Positions 42,177-50,537 of a DNA stretch of 64,000 nucleotides are shown here, one piece after another. Source of the stretch: Promethearchaeota archaeon (lineage in GTDB: Archaea > Asgardarchaeota > Lokiarchaeia > Sigyniarchaeales > SOKP01). A program made the translations under genes and the position numbers. The number at the start of each line of letters is the position of its first letter. Within the stretch, counting starts at the first letter, position 1. The DNA lies in contig JALGVJ010000014.1 of the NCBI GenBank assembly GCA_029838195.1, positions 1-64,000 of the forward strand, read 5' to 3'. Under the pieces are notes generated by a model. That model saw only the letters and a program-made list of their open reading frames with translations, did no database searches and was not told the origin of the DNA.

Positions 42177-42968
42177 TTAAGATTTTAAGATTTTCGTTTG
42201 CACGCGTCCATGAGTTAATTTATTTAATTTATCCATTAATTCCATTTGTAAACCAGCGGGAAGGCTTACAACAGCAACCCACGACCCATCAGATTGCCAC
42301 TCTTCCTTTTTAATTTGAGCGTATTGAGCTACAATATTATATCCTTTTGCGGTATAAGAGGCAGGTATTTTTAATGCCATTTTTACTTGCTCCATTTTGA
42401 TGGGAATGACAGTTTGAATTTTCTTTACGATATCATCTACTTGCTCTTCAGCACTTTTCGTTATGTCAATTTTAACTCCTGCTTGTTCCATGGCTTTTTC
42501 AATTCTTTCTGGAGGATGGGGCTTTTTATTTTGAGGGTTGATTGCATTTTTCGCAATGATCGTGATTAATTGTTTTAAGATTTTTTGTCGCTCTTCTTCT
42601 CTCTGTTCTTTTGCCCATTGAATCCTTCCTTCTAAAAGAATATGAGCACCAATCTCCATGCTATCTGTTGTATTAAACACGGCTTCCATATCACCCACGG
42701 TAGCCCGTTTTCCCCTTTTTAAATCCTCGTATACATCAAATCTCTCAAAGATTAAGCTTAAATCAATCCGTGGATCTTTTAAAAGCTCATTTACGGTATA
42801 TCGCAAATTCTTTTTCCCTTCCTTGATTCGCTTGTTAATTTCTTCTCTTATGATTTTTTTTGCCTCCCATGCTTTCTCCGGGTCCATCAGCATCTCAAAT
42901 ACTCGTCCTGATTTTTCAATACGTCCAATGATAAATTTTCCTAAATCTGTTCTTGGTCTATCTATCAA
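42177..42968 (-). CDS. Ribosome maturation factor SBDS/Sdo1
   Basis: G..FE, INPQ..PHPP.RIE.AM, EEW..DGSW, PAGLQ. Confidence 0.94.
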   Translation of the reverse strand: MIDRPRTDLGKFIIGRIEKSGRVFEMLMDPEKAWEAKKIIREEINKRIKEGKKNLRYTVNELLKDPRIDLSLIFERFDVYEDLKRGKRATVGDMEAVFNTTDSMEIGAHILLEGRIQWAKEQREEERQKILKQLITIIAKNAINPQNKKPHPPERIEKAMEQAGVKIDITKSAEEQVDDIVKKIQTVIPIKMEQVKMALKIPASYTAKGYNIVAQYAQIKKEEWQSDGSWVAVVSLPAGLQMELMDKLNKLTHGRVQTKILKS

Positions 42969-43080
42969 TAAAGGTCCCTTATGATTCTTTTAACTCACTT
43001 TTTTCCTTATCACGCTTTTAGGATTTTTTGTGGAATAAAAAAAGCATTTCCTTAATTCTCATGATAATAAAAAGGAAGTT

Positions 43081-43800
43081 TCAAAATTTTTGAAGATATT
43101 CCTTCTTTTCCTCCAAATTTAATAATCGAAAAGTTCTATCTTCTTGTAATATAAATGCCATGTCGCAGGTATTTTCGTTCAACTTATCACCCATTAGCTC
43201 TTTTAATGCCCTTAATGGAAGGAGTTTCAATTCTTCGTCATTCATATTCTCATCATAGTGCTCTTCCAAGAACGTCCTTGCTTCATTAGCTCCTGAACCG
43301 ATCGCAAATGCTTTATATCCCCACATGGCTCCACTTGGATCAGTTAAAAATAAGGCTGTCGTTCCATCCGTATCGATTCCTCCAATTAGGAAACTTACTC
43401 CAAAAGGACGCACTCCCGCATTTTGAGTAAATGCTTGTTTATATTCACAGATGTTTAAAGTAATGTCTTTTACCGAAATTTTCTCATCATAATTAAGTAA
43501 ATTGATTTGAGCTTGCACGCGCGCACGATCAATTAAAACTCGGGCATCTGCGGTCAATCCCGCAATTGCAACTCCAATGTGATCGTCAATTTTAAAGATT
43601 TTTTCAGAGCCTAATTTTATTTCTTGTAATTCAATACTTTTTTTTTCTACCGCAAACACGACTGAATTTTTATTCTTGCACACAATGGCAGTCGTTCCCC
43701 TACGAACTGCCTCAATAGCATATTCTACTTGGAAGAGGCGGCCTTCTGGTGAAAATTGTGTGATTGCCATATCATATCCTCTTCCCGCTTGTTGAAACAC
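43081..43800 (-). CDS. psmA: Proteasome alpha subunit
   Basis: YD.AIT.FSPEGRLFQVEYA, RPFGVS, TDPSG. Confidence 0.96.
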   Translation of the reverse strand: MFQQAGRGYDMAITQFSPEGRLFQVEYAIEAVRRGTTAIVCKNKNSVVFAVEKKSIELQEIKLGSEKIFKIDDHIGVAIAGLTADARVLIDRARVQAQINLLNYDEKISVKDITLNICEYKQAFTQNAGVRPFGVSFLIGGIDTDGTTALFLTDPSGAMWGYKAFAIGSGANEARTFLEEHYDENMNDEELKLLPLRALKELMGDKLNENTCDMAFILQEDRTFRLLNLEEKKEYLQKF

Positions 43801-44030
43801 TCCTTTGACACCTCTTACAATTAAAATCTTTTAAAATCCTTTAATTACTACTTACTTGTTCTTCTTTGATTTTCTTTTAAATGTCATTAATTAAGAATGA
43901 AATAAATATTTTTTTTAAATAATTTAAAAAATCCTCTGAGAAAAATTTAAAAACATGAAGAGTTCGGTCACCATACTAAATAATCTCCCGTTCTTGAATC
44001 TCCTAAAAAAATTCCCCTAAAATGAAAAAG

Positions 44031-44402
44031 TCATGACCACGCAACCTTGTTCACGTGAATGCTCCACTTTAATAAAAATAAATGCTCATCTCTCGTGTGT
44101 ACTAATAAATAATCCCCCTCTTTTGTCTTCGAACCTAATAAATTTCCCTTCTTCTCACTTAGATTCTTGGCTGCGAATTGTAAATCATCATTCTTTAAAA
44201 TGACATATCGAACACCTTGATATATTAGAGCGGGCGCCCCATTCTTCCAAGCCGATAAAATATACCGTCCTTCTTCAGAAGTGAGAGCATGAGTCCCCCA
44301 TGTGAATAATACCTCCCCATCATTACTTAATATGAAGATCTCTTCCACACCCTCATGCATTCTTACTTGGTCCACCAAAAAATTAAATCTTTCTTCATTC
44401 AT
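44031..44402 (-). CDS. Profilin-like protein
   Basis: 123 aa; IFILSNDG, ALIYQGVRYVILKND...FAAKN...KGNLLG resemble the profilin 'l.i.G.kY.v.r.d' core. Confidence 0.6.
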   Translation of the reverse strand: MNEERFNFLVDQVRMHEGVEEIFILSNDGEVLFTWGTHALTSEEGRYILSAWKNGAPALIYQGVRYVILKNDDLQFAAKNLSEKKGNLLGSKTKEGDYLLVHTRDEHLFLLKWSIHVNKVAWS

Positions 44403-44769
44403 GTTAGCATTTTACTCCCTAATTTAATACGCATCCATACTATTTTTACATGTAAACGCTCATACTTAAATGTATCAAATATTCAAAATTTTAAAGAAAG
44501 ATTGATGCTCAAGAACTTCAGCATCGAAGGGGATATCATGACCCGATTAAATCTCTCGAGTCCTTACACTCATCATTCCTCTCTCTTCCAACTTCTTATA
44601 TTTTCACGCTTCCGAGAAAAGTACAAGAATTCAAATTTTCAAAGTTCATGATATAGGAAAAAATATTAATCAAATCTCATATTATGGGGCTTGAGAGGTA
44701 ATATTTTCTACCCCGCCTTAGAAGGCATGCCTCCCACTACTGCTTAACCCATTTATTCCACGAGAAACC

Positions 44770-45555
44770 ATGCCAACCCTCGTATTATCTGATAAAATTT
44801 ATAACCCTGCCCTAACAAAAAATTTAAACCATCTGACCACGATCTACTCGAAACACCTGCAAGGTTTTACGAAAGGTTTCGAGCATACTAAAATCACTAT
44901 TAAAAAACTACGCTCTTTTGATCAGAGATTTGAAATCTCCATTAGTGGCCCCGAAGAAAAATTTATCTCTAACTTGCTTAAAAAAGAAATCGGAAGCATC
45001 CTTCAATTTGATGAATTAAAGGAAGGAATCATTCTTAAAGGCACTATGGTTGATGTGGGAAAAGTAGGTTTCGGAATATATGTCGACTGTGCCATATTTA
45101 ACCCGCAAACTGATGTATTAATCGAACTCCATTCCCTCCGAAAACAATTATGCAACGGGAAAAAATTGTCCTTGAAAACCATTATTCGCACATTCGATTT
45201 CGCCGATCATTTCCCTATCCACGTATCCATTGATAAAATCAACACTAAAAAAAAAGAAATTCATGGCTCACTCGGAAAACCCACTCTCCGCCTTTTTCAA
45301 ACTATTATTCAACAACAAGTGGAAGCCATTATTGCTTGCGGGACCACTAAAAGCCAATTTAAAAAAAGCTTGGTCCATCACGGACACCTCAAGGATATCA
45401 AATTCCTCAAAAAATTATCCTTCCTCGAACACGTCCTACTCTTAAAAAAAGGTACTAATGCCGCCGGCATCATTAAACAAATTGGACCCGAACTCAGGGG
45501 ATGTAAATTCATGGTACTCAAGCCCCAAAAAATCGCAACCCTCTTACAAGAATAA
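44770..45555 (+). CDS. DUF2110-like archaeal protein (S1-like OB fold)
   Basis: G.MVDVGKVGFGIYVD, L..LR..L, GH..DI...L..LEH, GT.A.GII..IG. Confidence 0.7.
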   Translation: MPTLVLSDKIYNPALTKNLNHLTTIYSKHLQGFTKGFEHTKITIKKLRSFDQRFEISISGPEEKFISNLLKKEIGSILQFDELKEGIILKGTMVDVGKVGFGIYVDCAIFNPQTDVLIELHSLRKQLCNGKKLSLKTIIRTFDFADHFPIHVSIDKINTKKKEIHGSLGKPTLRLFQTIIQQQVEAIIACGTTKSQFKKSLVHHGHLKDIKFLKKLSFLEHVLLLKKGTNAAGIIKQIGPELRGCKFMVLKPQKIATLLQE

Positions 45556-45571
45556 AAGAGGAAATCATGAG

Positions 45572-45681
45572 TGGGCCGGAGGAGGATCGAACTCCTGACC
45601 TTCGCGGTGTATTCGCGAAGAGAAAAATGAACATCTGTCATTCTCTTTAGCGCGACATCATACCCACTAGACTACCGGCCC
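45572..45681 (-). tRNA. tRNA-Val(TAC) with 37-nt BHB intron at position 33/34 (45612-45648)
   Basis: Acceptor GGGCCGG/CCGGCCC, anticodon stem TCGCG/CGCGA, spliced loop CT-TAC-AC, BHB CGCG-CUA / CGCG-AAU. Confidence 0.92.
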
Positions 45682-45701
45682 CCAGTTTCCGATATCTAAA
45701 G

Positions 45702-45815
45702 CGCAAGCGGTGGGATTTTCAAGCTCATCAAAATGATGAGAGCTTTTTGAACCCACGGATCCATATGGACACCGGATTAGCAATCCGGCGCTCTACCAGG
45801 CTAAGCGACGCTTGC
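45702..45815 (-). tRNA. tRNA-Ser(GCT) with 30-nt BHB intron in the T-loop at 59/60 (45716-45745)
   Basis: Acceptor GCAAGCG/CGCTTGC, CCGGA-TTGCTAA-TCCGG, long variable arm, BHB UUCA-AAA / UGAA-AAU. Confidence 0.93.
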
Positions 45816-45982
45816 GCGTCATTGTACTCAAGATCACGGAGATTATGGGATCTGGGAGGGACGCCGTATTCTCACTTGAGCCCATATTTTGATCATAAAG
45901 ATGGAAAATTTTAATACTTTTTGATGCGGGATTTATTGGGAAAAAATGAAAAGAAAAGGAAAATTAAAGGATATTTTTTCCC

Positions 45983-46465
45983 TCAGTCCGCAATGATTTC
46001 GAACACCATTTTTTCAATGATTGGCTTCTTAGTATAGCGCTTATCATAATACCAGCCGACCAAGTGAGCCTCCTGGTTTTTTTCGGGAATCGGTGGAATT
46101 ATAATTATCATGACACCGTTAGACAGGTATTTTAAGATGCGCTTATCGATGTTATGTAATTTATCATTTCCCGAAGGATGAGAATGCGCTTGCCAGACGA
46201 TGTCAACGCCGAGTTCTTGTTTGAATTTGCGCATGTTATAAATCTTAGATTTCTTGTACCGCATCCAGCTTCGGGGCTTTTGATGCGTCTTGGTTTTTTT
46301 TAAATCGGTATTAATGATAAAGCTATTTACAATGCCGAAATTTTCCTTTCTATCAGCAAAAATCCAGAAATGAACGATATAAGGCAGCTCCTCTGCAGCT
46401 TTATTGGTAATTTCGTCAAAAATCCGCTGCGGAATGAGATATCTAAAATCTTTAGCACTGCTCAT
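45983..46465 (-). CDS. JAB/MPN (JAMM-like) domain protein
   Basis: WQAHSHPSG....H..D variant of the HxH-x7-S-x2-D motif. Confidence 0.7.
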   Translation of the reverse strand: MSSAKDFRYLIPQRIFDEITNKAAEELPYIVHFWIFADRKENFGIVNSFIINTDLKKTKTHQKPRSWMRYKKSKIYNMRKFKQELGVDIVWQAHSHPSGNDKLHNIDKRILKYLSNGVMIIIIPPIPEKNQEAHLVGWYYDKRYTKKPIIEKMVFEIIAD

Positions 46466-46690
46466 TGTTCTATACCTCTATGATAAGCATAAGGGGGGAT
46501 AAAATTTATATTTTATGTTTTTTTCTGCTCTTGAAATCGCTAGCACTCGTCTCATGTATATGACATTCGCTATTCATCTCGTTTCTCTCATGATCTTCCA
46601 TTAGTCATCCCTTAAATCGTAAAAATAATATAGTAATGTAAACTTTTTATTATTGATTGAAAACGAAAAATGTAATCAACTCAAGCCACA

Positions 46691-46797
46691 GCAGACGTAG
46701 CCTAGCTGGTAAGACGCCGGCCTTGAGTGCGCATAGGAGAGACCCATGGAAAGCCGGTGCGCGCAAGCGCTCGGGGGTTCGAATCCCTCCGTCTGCG
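46691..46797 (+). tRNA. tRNA-Ser (most likely TGA) with 24-nt intron at 37/38 (46728-46751)
   Basis: Acceptor GCAGACG/CGTCTGC, anticodon stem CCGGC/GCCGG, spliced loop CT-TGA-GA, long variable arm, GGTTCGAATCC. Confidence 0.82.
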
Positions 46798-46954
46798 TTC
46801 TTTCTCTTGAAATGGACTTGAGTATTTTGCATTATTTTTTTAGAAGATTTGTCTTCCATTTGCGAATGTAGAGTGTGGTTCTTCGTAGAGGAATAAAATT
46901 TTTTAAGTTTTATTAATTAATTAGGATAAGAAAAGTAGATGAGAACAGAAAGGC

Positions 46955-47053
46955 GGGCTATTGGCGCAGGCAGGTAGCGCAGCAGGCTCTTAAGAGTTTT
47001 TAAATCTTGGGGTCACCTGACGGTCGGGGGTTCGAATCCCTCATAGCCCGCCA
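46955..47053 (+). tRNA. tRNA-Lys(CTT) with 22-nt intron at 37/38 (46993-47014), followed by genomic CCA
   Basis: Acceptor GGGCTAT/ATAGCCC, loop CT-CTT-AA, central helix CUCU/GGGG. Confidence 0.9.
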
Positions 47054-47450
47054 TTCTTTTTTAAGACATTTCTTATTTTTGGGGTGTTGAAATTTTTTGA
47101 ACTACTAATTTTTTTAGAAGGATCTCATAAGAGAGCTTGTTTTGGACCGAGCCGTGAGGAGAGCCTTGCGGAACAGTAAGGATTTCCTAAAAAAGGCTAA
47201 CAGTACCTTAATTAAACCCATATATTTATGGTAAATCATTTAGGGTTGAGGAGAAAGAGTTTTTTTTTAAGATGGATGAAATAAAAAGAGAAAAAAAGTC
47301 TTTTGCTTTAAAATAAATTTAAATTAATCTTGTTTTTTAATGGTTTTAGATGAGATTCGTGAAGAATTTCATTAGCAGAAATTTGTATTTTTGAAATAAA
47401 TTTCTCCCCACGATTAGGTAAACATGAAAAAGAAAGAACGGGATGGGTCG

Positions 47451-48461
47451 ATGGAGAATGAGTCGAAAGAGGTAAGCAATAATAACATGTTAGGTGGAAG
47501 TACGGATGAGGAAGAATTATTAAAGGCATATTTAGAGAGGAAAGAAAAGCTTCCGCAAGTCATTCAATATGAAAAGGAAACAAGAAATTATGCAATTTGG
47601 GGAGGAAAACTTACAGAAGACTTTAAGAAATGGTTGAAAGGTGAAAAAGTGAATTCGAAGAAAAAAGAGCGCATAAGCTTTTATGTTACAAGGGACATGA
47701 AGAGGAAATGGACGGAATTTGCAAGGGAACAAGGGTTTCGCACCATTTCGAAATTCATTCGCCAAACTATTAACAATTTTATTGAACGTGAGGAAAGCCT
47801 CTCGGGAAGGATGGATGAGACCGCATTAAAAGAGTTCTCTCATGCCTTGAAGCAGCCTCTAACTTCAATTAAGGGATATTCTCAATTATTATTAGAAACG
47901 TATAATGAAGAGCTAAATAATGAGATTAGCAAAACCATATGGAACATTTTTCAGCAGAGCCTTCTCTTGGAAAATACCATCAATTCATTTCTTGATGATA
48001 TGAAAAGCGCAAGAAATCAAATTGACATTCTATTAATAGAAGATGACCTCGCAACCATTCGATTGCTGCGCAGTTATTTTCAGAGCAAGGGAATTAGTTT
48101 AAAAGGAGTGGTTTCAGGCTCTAAAGCTATCGAAGTTTTAAAGCAGACACGACCAAGCGTGATTTTATTAGATATCATCCTTCCAGATTTAAGTGGATAT
48201 GATATTTGTAAGACCATAAAAATGGACAAGCGGTACAAGGATATTCCCGTCTATTATTTAACCGCTATTGCCCGAAACGAGGTCATGAAGCATTTGGAGG
48301 AAACCGGGGCAAACGGGTATATCTTGAAACCATTTGATTTTGCGGATTTTGAAGAAGTTTTAAAATATCTTGAACAACAAAGCCACGATGAGCAAGAGAA
48401 CTCGGGCAATCGGAACAAATTAAATGAGCACGAGGATAAAATGATTGTTAATAAGGAATAA
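47451..48461 (+). CDS. RHH - HisKA - receiver hybrid regulator
   Basis: ERISFYV...ISKFIR (RHH), SHALKQPLTSIKG (HisKA), IEDD / LLDIILP / LTA / KP (REC); no HATPase domain. Start could be 47424. Confidence 0.85.
   Translation: MENESKEVSNNNMLGGSTDEEELLKAYLERKEKLPQVIQYEKETRNYAIWGGKLTEDFKKWLKGEKVNSKKKERISFYVTRDMKRKWTEFAREQGFRTISKFIRQTINNFIEREESLSGRMDETALKEFSHALKQPLTSIKGYSQLLLETYNEELNNEISKTIWNIFQQSLLLENTINSFLDDMKSARNQIDILLIEDDLATIRLLRSYFQSKGISLKGVVSGSKAIEVLKQTRPSVILLDIILPDLSGYDICKTIKMDKRYKDIPVYYLTAIARNEVMKHLEETGANGYILKPFDFADFEEVLKYLEQQSHDEQENSGNRNKLNEHEDKMIVNKE
47682..47729 (+). repeat. 48-bp perfect inverted repeat, copy 1 (partner at 49209-49256)
   Basis: tatgttacaagggacatgaagaggaaatggacggaatttgcaagggaa equals the reverse complement of 49209-49256. 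Confidence 0.9.
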
Positions 48462-48497
48462 TCATGAGAATGATATAATATTTGAAAGGATCCCCTT

Positions 48498-49475
48498 TCA
48501 TTCATCTTGCTGGTTATTTCTTTCGGATTCTTTCGATAGTTTCTTCTTTTCACTCAGATAGTTTAATATCATTTCAAAATCAGCGAAGTCAAAGGGTTTT
48601 AGAATGAGGCCATCGGCCATGCTCTCTTTAATGTTTTTTTCCACCTCAGAACGAGGGATGGCAGTCAATAGATAAACGGGAATATCTTTTAATTCTCGAT
48701 CCATTTTTATCATTTTGGAAAGGTCGTAGCCGCTTAAATCGGGTAAAATGATATCCAGAAGAATTACTTTAGGGTGGCTAATTTTTAACTCTTCTATTGC
48801 TTTAGTCCCGCTAATCACGCCCTTGCAAGAAAAACCCTTGCTTTCAAAATAACTGGTCAGCAAGCGAATCGTGCTGAGGTCGTCCTCAATGAGAAGAATG
48901 TCGGTTCCTTCCGATTCCGTACTAATCTTGTCGAGGATGTTCACGATTTTGTTTTCCAACATGATGGAAGAATCAAATATATTTTGAATGGCATTTCGGA
49001 TATCTTCATTTAAGATTTTATCTTCCGTTTCCAAGAGGAATTGGCTGTAGCCTTTAATGGACGTAAGGGGTTCTTTAAGGGTATGGGAGATAGATTTCAT
49101 GGCCTCTTTATCTAATTTAAATTTTGCTCCTCGGATGGTTCTAGATTTCTCATCAATGAAATGATTCACGGCTTCTCGAATGAATTTTGAAATGGTAGAA
49201 TATCCACATTCCCTTGCAAATTCCGTCCATTTCCTCTTCATGTCCCTTGTAACATATAAACTAATGCGCTCTTTTTCATTCTCGGGTTTTTTTTTGCCTT
49301 TTAACCATTTCTTAAAGTCATTAGTTATTTCCCCTTTCCAAATGGCGTATTTACCCGTTTCTTTTTCATACTGGATCATTTCAAGGGTTTTTTTTAGTTT
49401 CTTGCTGGTATTTATTTTAGAATTCTCGTTTATCTTAGAATGTTCAATATCATTCAAGTTATTAGAATTGGTCAT
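48498..49475 (-). CDS. RHH - HisKA - receiver hybrid regulator (convergent paralog)
   Basis: Same architecture: ERISLYV...ISKFIREAV, SHTLKEPLTSIKG, IEDD, LLDIILPD, KP. Confidence 0.85.
   Translation of the reverse strand: MTNSNNLNDIEHSKINENSKINTSKKLKKTLEMIQYEKETGKYAIWKGEITNDFKKWLKGKKKPENEKERISLYVTRDMKRKWTEFARECGYSTISKFIREAVNHFIDEKSRTIRGAKFKLDKEAMKSISHTLKEPLTSIKGYSQFLLETEDKILNEDIRNAIQNIFDSSIMLENKIVNILDKISTESEGTDILLIEDDLSTIRLLTSYFESKGFSCKGVISGTKAIEELKISHPKVILLDIILPDLSGYDLSKMIKMDRELKDIPVYLLTAIPRSEVEKNIKESMADGLILKPFDFADFEMILNYLSEKKKLSKESERNNQQDE
49209..49256 (-). repeat. 48-bp perfect inverted repeat, copy 2
   Basis: Reverse complement of 47682-47729. Confidence 0.9.
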
Positions 49476-50477
49476 TACATATAATTTTGCATAATTTTGT
49501 ATATTTTTTGATACTCAATGGTAAAAAATTGGTAAAAAATTGGTATAGACCTCTTTTTTTTACAATATTCTTATTAATTTTTTATCCGTTTTATTTTTTT
49601 ATGTTAAACCATTAACCTGAAAGAACCACTTTAGTATCGTTGATTAAAATAATAATTTTAAAAATGGGTGAGATTCGTGGATAAAGTTTTAATTTATAAT
49701 TTTTTTATTGGTTTTTACTCATTGGAAATTTTTTATTTTTTTTTTGATTATTACCATTTTTTTTATCAATTCACTATTTTTTTTTGAAATTATTATCATT
49801 AGTTAAAAAGATTATTGACCCACTTCTTTTGAGGGCAAATTATTATAATGAAAAAAAGGTGGATAATTTATTATAACTTAAAAGAGTTCCACGAATATAA
49901 TCAAGAGAAAAAAATAAATCCATACATGTTAATTCCTTTTTTTCAATTCATTCATTAATTCAATTATAATCCAAGAAATCCAAATCTCTATTTGCGTTAG
50001 AATTCTAAAACTTTTTCTAATCATGAAGATATTATTTTTAATACGCTTGGTGTAAAACTAGTTTGTTTTTGCATATAAAGATAATTCTATGTGTAACCCT
50101 AAAGGTTTTTTACCCCATTGAAGAATGGTTTGTGCAAAAAATTATACATCAGACTTTCAAGTTTTTTGTCAAATGAATATAAGCGATTATAATCTGGAAA
50201 ATATGAATCTTCAGTTTCTATCAGGAATAGTTAATTTTTCATTTTTAAAGCATTGAAAATTATTACAAAAAAGGGTAAAAATGTTTTGTTTCATTTGAAG
50301 AACTATTTTTTATCTAGTAAAAAGTGAGAAAATATTATATCGAATTTTTTCAAATCGAGTTTGTGACTTTTTGCTTCAGAATGAGGAGACACTGTGTAAG
50401 AATTGTAATTTCGTTCCGACAATAACATTTAAATATGATAATTGGATCATAAGATCATAAGAATATGTGTAAAAAAT

Positions 50478-50502
50478 TGGATCATTTTTAAAAAATGATC
50501 CA
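50478..50502. promoter_or_regulatory. Palindromic operator candidate upstream of tfb
   Basis: tggatcattttt-a-aaaaatgatcca (12-bp arms), downstream of a TTTAAATA TATA-like box at 50428-50435. Confidence 0.55.
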
Positions 50503-50537
50503 TTTCTAATTAAAAAGTATTATCTAATAACAGGGGT

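Noticed and set aside
45378-45641. 87-aa ORF on the minus strand
   Set aside because: Overlaps tRNA-Val and is antisense to the DUF2110-like gene.
46650-46859. 69-aa ORF on the minus strand
   Set aside because: Antisense shadow of tRNA-Ser.
49476-50537. Replication origin or CRISPR array in the long AT-rich gap
   Set aside because: No ORB-like repeats, no adjacent cdc6 and no regularly spaced repeats.
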